Shown: positions 1-7,613 of the stretch, one piece after another | How the letters are laid out: each line of letters starts with the position of its first letter | How positions within the stretch are numbered: the first letter of the stretch is position 1 | Source: Saprospiraceae bacterium | GTDB taxonomy: Bacteria > Bacteroidota > Bacteroidia > Chitinophagales > Saprospiraceae | NCBI GenBank assembly: GCA_020631545.1 | Contig: JAHDHB010000005.1 | Span: 1-41,442, forward strand | DNA length: 41,442 nucleotides | Direction: 5' to 3' | Notes under the pieces: model-generated | Database searches by the model: none | What the model saw: the letters and a program-made list of their open reading frames with translations, nothing else | Told to the model about the DNA's origin: nothing | Translations under genes and position numbers: made by a program

Positions 1-328
1 AAAAATGAAGTCCATACACTCCCTTTTTATGTTGTAAAATGCCCTTAACTTCCCGTTTCTGCTCTAAGTCAATCCAATGCACACCCCCATGCATATCACC
101 AATGACGAGTAAATTTGTGCTAGTAGAATAAGCAATAGAAAAAATATTCCCATCTACTTTAGCTACTACAGTAGCTTGCTCTAAATTGCTCATATCCCAA
201 CGAATAACCCAACCATCTCCAGCGCCAGAAAAAATAGTATTGGGGCGGTCTCCAGCACATAGAGCATAAATAGAAGCTTCGTGGCCAGTAAGTTGAGTGA
301 TTTTTTTGATGTCGATTTTATAGTTCAA
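1..328 (-). CDS. WD40-repeat (beta-propeller) protein, N-terminal part; ORF runs off the left edge of the window
   Basis: My own minus-strand translation from 328 is open down to position 1: (TTG)NYKIDIKKITQLTGHEASIYALCAGDRPNTIFSGAGDGWVIRWDMSNLEQATVVAKVDGNIFSIAYSTSTNLLVIGDMHGGVHWIDLEQKREVKGILQHKKGVYGLHF. 'LTGHEASIYAL' and 'GDGWVIRWD' fit the WD40 GH...WD signature. It is absent from the ORF track because it is truncated. The TTG start at 326-328 (in-frame TAA at 341-343) is a guess. Confidence 0.6.
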   Translation of the reverse strand, partial: MNYKIDIKKITQLTGHEASIYALCAGDRPNTIFSGAGDGWVIRWDMSNLEQATVVAKVDGNIFSIAYSTSTNLLVIGDMHGGVHWIDLEQKREVKGILQHKKGVYGLHF

Positions 329-498
329 TACGATCTGATTTTATGCAAAAATACTGTTTGCCTGTCATCTTTAGTGAAAAAAACTCCTTTATTCTCAAAC
401 CTAATTTATCGTTTTTTGATTTGGAATCGTTACTTTTGATAAATATTACATTTAAGTAGTAAAACCATTTTCCAATTACTAAATACGAAGGCTACTCC

Positions 499-984
499 AT
501 GCATATTCTACGATTCCTTCCTTTTTTCTTTGTTTGTTGGGTTCTTGTTGCCTGCAATTCCTCTGGAAATCAAGCAGACAGTGTTTCTGCGGCAGATACG
601 AATGATTTTGATAATTTTTACAAAAAATTTCATCGAGATAGTGCCTTTCAAATGGAACATATCCTTTTCCCACTTCAAGGAATTCCAAGCATGGTAGATA
701 GTGCCTTTTTAGCCTCTGGCAAAATGCATTACTGGAACGAAGGAGATTGGCTTTTGCACAATGAAATTGACTTTGAGAATAATACAGACTACAAAAGAGA
801 TTTAAAAGTCACGGATTTCCTTGTTGAAGAACGAATTTTTGATAAAAATAACTTCTTTATTTTGAGGCGATTCTATTTTATGGAGGGCAAGTGGATGTTG
901 ATATATTATTCCGATTTGAATCCTTCTGATCGTAAAAAAGAGGAAGGAGAAGAAACTGTTCCTGCTGAGGATAGCGGTTCGTAA
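499..984 (+). CDS. Hypothetical lipoprotein (possibly DUF4348-like)
   Basis: 161-aa ORF. N-terminus MHILRFLPFFFVCWVLVAC-NSSG has a hydrophobic leader followed by a lipobox-like Cys. 'FYKKFHRDSAFQMEHILFPLQG' resembles small Bacteroidota lipoproteins of unknown function. The family assignment is from memory only. Confidence 0.55.
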   Translation: MHILRFLPFFFVCWVLVACNSSGNQADSVSAADTNDFDNFYKKFHRDSAFQMEHILFPLQGIPSMVDSAFLASGKMHYWNEGDWLLHNEIDFENNTDYKRDLKVTDFLVEERIFDKNNFFILRRFYFMEGKWMLIYYSDLNPSDRKKEEGEETVPAEDSGS

Positions 985-1215
985 TTTGTAGGCATGTCAG
1001 GTTTTTAAAACCTTCATGTTTACAAATCATGGTGCAGATTCATAAGTAGTTAGCTAAGGAATTAAATAATTTCCAAAATTGCTCGAAATTATTTAAACTC
1101 TTATCGAAATATTCCTAACTTTATAGCTGATGATTAGATACTGACTATAAGATATTTTTTCGTTCGATTGTTGTCTAATGGTTTAGTCTATGTTTTTCTA
1201 TTTAAAAATTGAACT

Positions 1216-1692
1216 ATGAAGAAATTAATTGGATTACTCATTTTTGGATTGTTTTCTATTCAAGCGTTTGCCGTTGTAGGTTATTCGAATGGTTCTCCCT
1301 ATGAAACAAAAGTAGAAAAAGGAGATAGTGAGTTAAGCGGTGTAGGCATGGAAGAATTCATGACCATGACACCTAAGAAGTACAAGGAAACGACAGGTAA
1401 GAAGATGGGATTTTTCGCGGCTATGAAGATGAAAATTGCCCAGAAAATTCTTAAAAAAACTACGAATAAGGTTAATAAGACCAGTTCGGAGGTCAAAGGT
1501 AAAAAAAGAGCTAGTGGGGGATTACCACAGATTGCTTATATTCTATTAGCTGTCTTTTTCCTAGGTTTTGTAGGTATCGGTATCAATACGGGGTGGAGTG
1601 GCTATGATTGGTTAATAGCTCTTCTACTTTATATCTTATTTTGGTTACCTGGCTTTATCTTTTCTATGATAAAAATGATGGAGTACTACTAG
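1216..1692 (+). CDS. Hypothetical membrane protein: signal peptide, Lys-rich region, C-terminal two-helix YqaE/Pmp3-like segment
   Basis: MKKLIGLLIFGLFSIQAFA leader. The C-terminal stretch QIAYILLAVFFLGFVGIGIN...WLIALLLYILFWLPGFIFSMIKM contains two hydrophobic helices. The gene is followed by a strong terminator. Confidence 0.6.
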   Translation: MKKLIGLLIFGLFSIQAFAVVGYSNGSPYETKVEKGDSELSGVGMEEFMTMTPKKYKETTGKKMGFFAAMKMKIAQKILKKTTNKVNKTSSEVKGKKRASGGLPQIAYILLAVFFLGFVGIGINTGWSGYDWLIALLLYILFWLPGFIFSMIKMMEYY

Positions 1693-1732
1693 AAGAACCA
1701 AACTGTATCGTCTTACAGTCTAAAATATAAAA

Positions 1733-1768
1733 AGCTTTACTTGTTCTTTTTGCAAGTAAGGCTTTTTA
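1733..1768. terminator. Bidirectional rho-independent terminator between convergent genes
   Basis: An 11-bp stem pairs agctttacttg (1733-1743) with caagtaaggct (1753-1763), including one G-U. It is flanked by an A-run upstream and a T-run downstream, so it can terminate both strands. Confidence 0.6.
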
Positions 1769-1787
1769 CTTTTAAGTAAGTTGTGTC

Positions 1788-2759
1788 TTAATAATATAGA
1801 TGCTCCTTCAAATAGTGCGAAACATACTCCTTCACGCCTTCTTCCAAGCTATAGAATGGTTTACGATAGCCAATACCAATCAATTTCGACATATCTGCTT
1901 CCGTGAAGTACTGATAAGTCGCTCGAATATCAATTGGTGTATCAATGAACTCAATTTTAGGCTCCAAATCTAAGGCGTAGAAGGTATTTCGAGCCAAATC
2001 TAAAAAGGTTCTAGCTGTACCTGTACCTAAATTGTATAGGCCATTCGGAACTCCTTTGTTCTTGAATAAAAATGCACATACAGCAATTACATCTTTTACA
2101 TACACGAAATCACGCTGTTGTTCTCCATTTGCAAACTCAGGGCGGTGAGAGCGAAAAAGGCGCATTTTTCCCGTTTCTTGTATTTGTTTGAAGGTATGGA
2201 AGATGACGGAAGCCATTCTCCCCTTGTGGTATTCATTAGGTCCATAGACATTAAAAAACTTCAAGCCAACCCAAGAAGGTGGTTGTTCTGCTTGTATTAA
2301 AGCCCATTTATCAAAATCGTTTTTAGAAAGCCCATAAGGATTTAGGGGCTTCACCTGAAAAGGAAGGTCGTGATTGTCCAAATAACCACATTCTCCGCTG
2401 CCATAGGTAGCAGCACTAGAAGCATAGACTAAGGGAATTTGATGCTGAGCGCATATCGCCCATATTCTCTTAGAGTAATTCAAATTGAGGCGATCAAAGA
2501 TGGAGGTGTCTTGCTCCGTTGTATCTGTACGAGCGCCAAGATGAAAGACATACTCAATGTCTTCTGCATTTTGAGGAAACCATTTTTCGATAAATTCTAC
2601 TCTATCAATCAGGTGTAAAAATGCTTTTCCTTGCAAATTCAGTCGTTTTTCCTTGCGTTTAAAATCATCTACAAGTACTAACCTCCTCAGTCCTAGTTCG
2701 TTCAAATAGTTAACTAAACAACTACCGATAAAACCACAAGCTCCCGTTATTACAAGCAT
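1788..2759 (-). CDS. hldD: ADP-L-glycero-D-manno-heptose 6-epimerase-like SDR (HldD/RfaD)
   Basis: 323 aa. Rossmann motif [32 protein letters not shown] and [21 protein letters not shown] line up with E. coli HldD ([37 protein letters not shown]) along the whole length. Confidence 0.85.
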   Translation of the reverse strand: [323 protein letters not shown]

Positions 2760-2767
2760 CTCTTTTT

Positions 2768-2795
2768 ATGTAAGATGTATGATGTATGAAATATG
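2768..2795. repeat. Tandem heptad repeat (ATGTAAG ATGTATG ATGTATG AAATATG) immediately upstream of the hldD start
   Basis: Read directly from the sequence. It is one member of a dispersed ATGTAWG/CWTACAT family; see also 2842-2855, 27217-27251, 37077-37090 and 39452-39501. Confidence 0.5.
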
Positions 2796-2841
2796 ATATA
2801 AATTAAATTTGGAGTGAGATACATCCAAATGCATCGTAAAC

Positions 2842-2855
2842 CTTATCTCATACAT
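2842..2855. repeat. Inverted copy of the heptad repeat (cttatct catacat)
   Basis: tcatacatc (2847-2855) is the exact reverse complement of gatgtatga (2781-2789). The two heptad blocks therefore form an inverted pair around a ~57-nt spacer. Confidence 0.35.
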
Positions 2856-2864
2856 CCTATTTTG

Positions 2865-3185
2865 TTAATATTCCTTCTTAGCATTCCCATATTTTCCTTG
2901 CCAATCCATGGCACCACCAAGGAGATTACGCACATTTTGGAAACCCGCTTTAAGCATTAGTTGCTTAGCATTAGCGGAGCGAGCGCCTGAACGACAGTGT
3001 ACTACAATTTCTTGCTCACGATAATCTGCTAGTTCATCTAGCTTTAAAGGTAAGATACCCAGAGGGATATTCAAGGCATTCATATTGTATTCGTCATACT
3101 CAAAAGTCTCGCGAACATCTAAGAAGAAAAAATCCACTTTGTTGTCGATTTTAACCTTTAACTCTTCAGCAGTAATATCTTTCAT
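2865..3185 (-). CDS. Rhodanese-like sulfurtransferase domain protein
   Basis: 106 aa, single rhodanese domain. The active-site loop is VHCRSGARSANA (CRxGxRS), preceded by FLDVRETFEY. Confidence 0.85.
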   Translation of the reverse strand: MKDITAEELKVKIDNKVDFFFLDVRETFEYDEYNMNALNIPLGILPLKLDELADYREQEIVVHCRSGARSANAKQLMLKAGFQNVRNLLGGAMDWQGKYGNAKKEY

Positions 3186-3224
3186 AATCAGTTGTGTTAA
3201 AATTTTGGCAAAAATAAGGAAAAA

Positions 3225-4073
3225 CTACCACTCGTCACAATTATCGGGTTTCTTAGCTGAAATCCAAATATCGATCTGTTCACCGATTTGAACATCTTCT
3301 CCTGCTGGTGGACTTTGCTTGGTGATAAAAGCCGCTGAAGTATTTTCTAAATCTTCATCATTTATCACTGCCCCTACACTTAAATCTGAATTTCGTATAG
3401 TAAAAACGGCTTCATCGTAAGTCTGGCAAATTAATTTTGGTGCTACAACGTCAGAGCCTGCTCCTTGTGCTACGACCAAACTAATTTCAGCCCCTTTTGG
3501 CAGTTTTATGGGGTTCTTTTTATCTTTAGGTTTGTGCAAAACATCCCCATTATAACGAACTTTTAGCACAGTATTTACGGCAGGATCGGATTTATACTCT
3601 ACTTTGGAATTTAGGTTTATTCCTCTAGCTTTCAAGACTTTTTTTACAAAATCAAAATCTTTCCCCCAAATATCAGGCATATTTACAAGAGGAGGAGTAC
3701 TTGCATTAACCGTCAAATAAACTTTACGGTTGCCTTTTACTTTAGATTTTGGTGTAGGATCTTGATCTAAAACTGTTAAAGGCTTTTTTTCAGGATCATA
3801 AAGGGAATCTAATACTTCATACCTTAAGCCATATTTGTTCATCTCTTTTTCGACCAAATCAATTGTTTGTCCTTTGAAATCAGGGAGTTCAATTGAAGAC
3901 CCATGCCTAGTGTAAGTCTTTAGCAATAAACCTGTTAAAAAAGACAGGGTGACCACTAAAGCAATGGCCATGGCCAAGTTTTTGAGGAAAATCTTGCTGG
4001 TTAAGAAATAAAAAGATTCCTTAGGAGCTTTTTTTAATATGGGAACAAGGTTATCAATTACCTTTTTTTTCAT
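3225..4073 (-). CDS. PASTA-domain membrane protein with no kinase or PBP domain
   Basis: 282 aa. One N-terminal TM helix (LAMAIALVVTLSFLTGLLL) is followed by three PASTA-like repeats: IELPDFKGQTIDLVEKEM...VYLTVN; VNMPDIWGKDFDFVKKVL...ISLVVA; VVAPKLICQTYDEAVFTI...IDIWIS. The start overlaps the ddl stop by 20 nt. Confidence 0.8.
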   Translation of the reverse strand: MKKKVIDNLVPILKKAPKESFYFLTSKIFLKNLAMAIALVVTLSFLTGLLLKTYTRHGSSIELPDFKGQTIDLVEKEMNKYGLRYEVLDSLYDPEKKPLTVLDQDPTPKSKVKGNRKVYLTVNASTPPLVNMPDIWGKDFDFVKKVLKARGINLNSKVEYKSDPAVNTVLKVRYNGDVLHKPKDKKNPIKLPKGAEISLVVAQGAGSDVVAPKLICQTYDEAVFTIRNSDLSVGAVINDEDLENTSAAFITKQSPPAGEDVQIGEQIDIWISAKKPDNCDEW

Positions 4074-6738
4074 GGAAAGCGAATTCTAATATTTTATCAA
4101 TAAAACCGTAGGGTTTATAATTGTTAATAGCTGATTGGTGGAAAATGCAAGTAGCGGGTGTCATTCCTGGTAGGGAATTGACCTCAATAATGATGGTTTC
4201 CGCTCTATTATTTTCAAAAATACGAACAAAAGCATCAATTCGGGCATAACCTTCCACCTTCAACAGTTTGGCAGCCCTTTCTAAATCTTGCTTTACCTGC
4301 GTTGCAATATAAGCATAATCCTTATTATTCTTAGCGAAGCGGGCAGGTGTAATATTTTGGCCTTCTCCTGCCAAAAACTTTTCTTCAAGAGAGAGAATTT
4401 CCCCATTCGCCAAAGCCTCAGAGGGTTCGAATATCTCATATTGTAATTCGGCGCCTTGATGGTGCGTCAAAAGTCCTCCAGTTATTTCTAGAAATTTTTT
4501 CGCTCCATTTCCTTGGATCAAGGCTTCTATCAAAACCGTGTTTTTCCTAGGAAATTCTTCCTTAGGCATCAAGTTTAGTATAGCCGTATCTTCTTTACTT
4601 ACGAATTCTTCTTCGCGAAACATGGCGTGAAAAAAGGATTCTAACTGCGTTTCATTTTTAAGCAATTTTACCGCTGAGCTACAACCATCATCCACTGGTT
4701 TTGCAATCAAAGGAAATTGGAATTCTGCTAGTACTTTTTTAAGGACGGTGTCCTTATCTTTCAAAAACTCTTCCTTGCGAACTAATCGTTGGTCAGTAAC
4801 CGTAAAACCATGTTTTTTAAGTAATTGTAACGTGGCGTATTTATCTATTGTAATGTTAGACGAGAACGGAGGCGAGCCATTGTAAGGAAAGTCAATAGCA
4901 TCGAAGGCTTTTTGTAATGTTCCATCTTCGCCAGGGCGACCATGCAGGGCAATAAATGCTCCATCCGCTACGGTCTTCAATTCCTCTAATTCCAATTGTT
5001 TAGGAGCAAAAATGACGGAATCAAAACCATATTTAGTTGTTAAATCAGCACATTCCTCCTTGATTTCTTCTAGTACGGGATGCTTGGCGTAACTGTATAT
5101 CTTGTCGCGAATATCATCCGCATTATCCTTGAGTAATAGATTGATAGGAATTTGATAAAACTCAAATGCTTCTGCATTTCCTGTTAGAAAGACTGGAATA
5201 GGTTCGTATTTATTAGAACTCGCGAGTTTTTCATAAATATTTCGTCCACTTTCCACAGAGATGTGTCGTTCTGTAGAATATCCTCCTAGAATTACAGCTA
5301 TTCGCTTCTTGTTCTTCTTTGCTTTTTTCAAGGAAGCAATGCGAGCGTCCAGCTCCTCCATTACTTGCTGTAAATGCGTCTTTTCGAAAGCTTCCTCAAT
5401 GCGCTCTTGAATCGAGGCACGAATAATATAGGTCAAAAACTGTGAAGGATTTAACCCAATTTCGGCTGCTTGATGAAAGAAGAAAGAAGAAGGCAACATC
5501 CCCGAAGTAGTATTCGGGTCGTTTAAGAAAATGGTATTATCCTTAGTAATAAAACCATCAATACGAGCATAGGTGTTGAATTCTAGGAAGTTGAATAAGC
5601 GTTTGCACTCACTTCGAATTTCATTGATTTGCTCATTCGGCAAACGAATAGGTGTTTCTTTCCTAGATAGTCCAGCCAAGTACTTAGAACGATAATCAAA
5701 TACTTCCTTGCCTTTGATTATCTCGGTTGGAGGCAAGGCCACGGCATCTCCATTTTCTTTTTTTATGACAATACAGGAGAACTCTTGCCCATGAATAAAT
5801 TCTTCGGCAATAACTTGTTGCTCAGTATGATGTCCTTCTAATAACAAGGGACGTGTAGTATCGCCAAACCATTTATTTAAGAAATCAAGTAGAACTTCTG
5901 GATGGTAAATGGTCTTACCTTCCACATCTAGTGGAAATCCAATTCCTTCTCGAATATCACCGATAGACTTGATTGTTTGTATTTTATCGTCTTCAGTTTT
6001 GCTTGTCCATTCTTCATGCGTTATTTTTTGAATGAAAAAAGCATGATTGATGGTCGTTGTCAATTGTTCAGCACTATATTCCTCTTCATTGACAATAGAT
6101 ACACCAATTGAAGACCCTTGATTTGCTGGTCTTACGACAATAGGTAAACCAATGAAATCATGAATGATATTGGGCAACATGACACGGTATTCCTTGTTTT
6201 GCACCCATCGTTGTCGATCAATAACGAAAACTTTTGGGCAAGGGAAATCACCTGCTTCCATGATTTTTTTCTGGAAAGCTTTATCCATACCAATACTAGA
6301 AGCGCGGATGCCGCTACCTGTAAATGGAATGCGCAAACTATCCATAAGACCTTGGATTTGACCATCTTCTCCAAAAGCTCCATGCAAAGCCAAAAAAGCA
6401 AAATCAATCAATTTAGGCAATTCGTCGATTTCTACTTTACGTCCTACTTTTTGAATGATTTTGTGAAAAGTTTCGTCGTCTAAATCTCGCAAACTCTCAA
6501 TATAGGTCTGAAAGTTATTGGGAGAAGGAGGTAGAAACTCTACAGGGGGATAAAAATCACGGATAGTACCCTTATAGATGTATTTCCAATCCAATAAAAT
6601 GAAGTTACGATGGCTATCGATAAAAAGAGGAACGGCCTCGAATAAGGTTTTATCGAGGTTATCATAAACCGTTCTGCCGCCTGCAAAGGAGATTTCCCGT
6701 TCACGGGAAGGGCCTCCAAATAGAATTCCGATTTTCAT
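4054..6738 (-). CDS. ddl: Tandem-fused D-alanine--D-alanine ligase family protein (two complete ATP-grasp Ddl modules in one 894-aa polypeptide)
   Basis: Module 1 motifs: MKIGILFGGPSREREIS, LALHGAFGEDGQIQGLMD, VVRPANQGSSIGVSIV, ARIDGF...LNDPNTTSGM. Module 2 starts at K478 (nt 5307). Its motifs: KRIAVILGGYSTERHISVESG, IALHGRPGEDGTLQKAFD, LIAKPVDDGCSSAVKLL, ARIDAFV...EVNSLPGMTPATCIFHQ. Confidence 0.85.
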   Translation of the reverse strand: MKIGILFGGPSREREISFAGGRTVYDNLDKTLFEAVPLFIDSHRNFILLDWKYIYKGTIRDFYPPVEFLPPSPNNFQTYIESLRDLDDETFHKIIQKVGRKVEIDELPKLIDFAFLALHGAFGEDGQIQGLMDSLRIPFTGSGIRASSIGMDKAFQKKIMEAGDFPCPKVFVIDRQRWVQNKEYRVMLPNIIHDFIGLPIVVRPANQGSSIGVSIVNEEEYSAEQLTTTINHAFFIQKITHEEWTSKTEDDKIQTIKSIGDIREGIGFPLDVEGKTIYHPEVLLDFLNKWFGDTTRPLLLEGHHTEQQVIAEEFIHGQEFSCIVIKKENGDAVALPPTEIIKGKEVFDYRSKYLAGLSRKETPIRLPNEQINEIRSECKRLFNFLEFNTYARIDGFITKDNTIFLNDPNTTSGMLPSSFFFHQAAEIGLNPSQFLTYIIRASIQERIEEAFEKTHLQQVMEELDARIASLKKAKKNKKRIAVILGGYSTERHISVESGRNIYEKLASSNKYEPIPVFLTGNAEAFEFYQIPINLLLKDNADDIRDKIYSYAKHPVLEEIKEECADLTTKYGFDSVIFAPKQLELEELKTVADGAFIALHGRPGEDGTLQKAFDAIDFPYNGSPPFSSNITIDKYATLQLLKKHGFTVTDQRLVRKEEFLKDKDTVLKKVLAEFQFPLIAKPVDDGCSSAVKLLKNETQLESFFHAMFREEEFVSKEDTAILNLMPKEEFPRKNTVLIEALIQGNGAKKFLEITGGLLTHHQGAELQYEIFEPSEALANGEILSLEEKFLAGEGQNITPARFAKNNKDYAYIATQVKQDLERAAKLLKVEGYARIDAFVRIFENNRAETIIIEVNSLPGMTPATCIFHQSAINNYKPYGFIDKILEFAFHEKKGN

Positions 6739-7036
6739 TAGCGCAAAAATAGCAAATATTTGGGGAGAAGGGAAATATTAATAGAGGATGGAGAATGTAG
6801 GACGTCGATTTTTTCTGTTTTTAAAAATTTGATGAGATGTGATTTGTTGAATGATGTGTTCCTTTAGTGCAATCGCTATGTTTTTTTCTGTAAGCCCTAA
6901 GGCAGTAAAGCTGCTACGATGTAGTCCACGATAGTTATCGGGAGTAGAGGGTATAGAGTAGACAGACTTGATTTTTCTTCGAAAAATCGACATTCTAATA
7001 TCGGTCAATTCCTCTACTTTCTACATTGGGGGTACA

Positions 7037-7065
7037 TAAAAAAAGCTCAAGGAATTTCTTGAGCT
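7037..7065 (-). terminator. Rho-independent terminator of the ferredoxin gene
   Basis: An 8-bp stem pairs agctcaag (7044-7051) with cttgagct (7058-7065). On the minus strand it is followed by a run of seven T (the plus-strand A-run at 7038-7044). Confidence 0.65.
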
Positions 7066-7112
7066 TATATAAATTTTAGAACAAAGCAAAAAACTCAATT
7101 CTCCATATAAAA

Positions 7113-7460
7113 TTAAAGATGCATAGCGTTTTTCTTGAAGAGTAATTGTTCTTCGGTTTCTCTACGATCAGGATCATCAACGCAACAATCTACAGGACAA
7201 ACGGCAGCGCATTGAGGTTCTTCATGAAAACCAACACATTCCGTACATTTGTCTGGGACAATATAATAGTAGTCATCTGAAACTGGTTCGTTTTCCTTGT
7301 TTACATTAGCCTTGGAGCCATCGAGTAAATCGATAGTACCTTTTACTTCATTGCCATCGCTAAATTTCCATTCTAAACCACCTTCGTAAATTGCGGTGTT
7401 TGGACATTCTGGTTCACAAGCACCACAATTGATGCATTCGTCGGTTATAATAATTGCCAT
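7113..7460 (-). CDS. 4Fe-4S dicluster ferredoxin
   Basis: 115 aa. It has two cluster motifs: [12 protein letters not shown] at the N-terminus and [18 protein letters not shown] in the second half. Confidence 0.9.
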   Translation of the reverse strand: MAIIITDECINCGACEPECPNTAIYEGGLEWKFSDGNEVKGTIDLLDGSKANVNKENEPVSDDYYYIVPDKCTECVGFHEEPQCAAVCPVDCCVDDPDRRETEEQLLFKKNAMHL

Positions 7461-7519
7461 TATCTTAATTTGGTATAATTGTACAAGTAATTAACCCTTG
7501 TACGATTAAAAAAGTTCAG

Positions 7520-7527
7520 CAAATTTA
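7520..7527 (-). promoter_or_regulatory. Candidate Bacteroidota sigma-A -7 box (TAAATTTG) for the ferredoxin gene
   Basis: Exact match to TAnnTTTG on the minus strand, ~60 nt upstream of the ATG. The implied leader contains a 7-bp hairpin, gtacaag (7481-7487) with cttgtac (7497-7503). Confidence 0.4.
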
Positions 7528-7588
7528 AGGAATTGCTAGGAAAAAGATGCTTTTTTCTTGGAATGAATGAATTTTGAAATAGAAATGG

Positions 7589-7596
7589 TATTTTTG
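7589..7596 (+). promoter_or_regulatory. Candidate -7 box (TATTTTTG) for the acyl-CoA reductase gene
   Basis: Exact TAnnTTTG 17 nt upstream of the ATG at 7614. A TTTG at 7573-7576 could be the -33 element, but its spacing is shorter than the consensus. Confidence 0.4.
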
Positions 7597-7613
7597 CGGC
7601 AAATATAGACCAC

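Noticed and set aside
6132-6483. ORFs 6132-6407 (minus), 6160-6483 (plus) and 6164-6361 (plus) nested in the ddl fusion gene
   Set aside because: They lie entirely inside a strongly supported 894-aa gene in other frames or on the other strand, and they translate to low-complexity sequence. The same reasoning applies to the other nested ORFs: 1299-1496, 2118-2300, 3085-3291, 7964-8179, 8815-9078, 12197-12789, 16180-16398, 17513-17722, 18997-19182, 19595-19777, 21744-21953, 24710-24994, 26875-27072, 27421-27609, 29766-30150, 32332-33078, 34651-34872, 35753-35977 and 38218-39060.
6778-7008. 76-aa basic ORF between the ferredoxin terminator and ddl
   Set aside because: It has no recognisable motif. 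It is very basic and has an AT-driven composition. It sits where the ddl promoter and leader are expected. It could be a real small protein, but I cannot support that.
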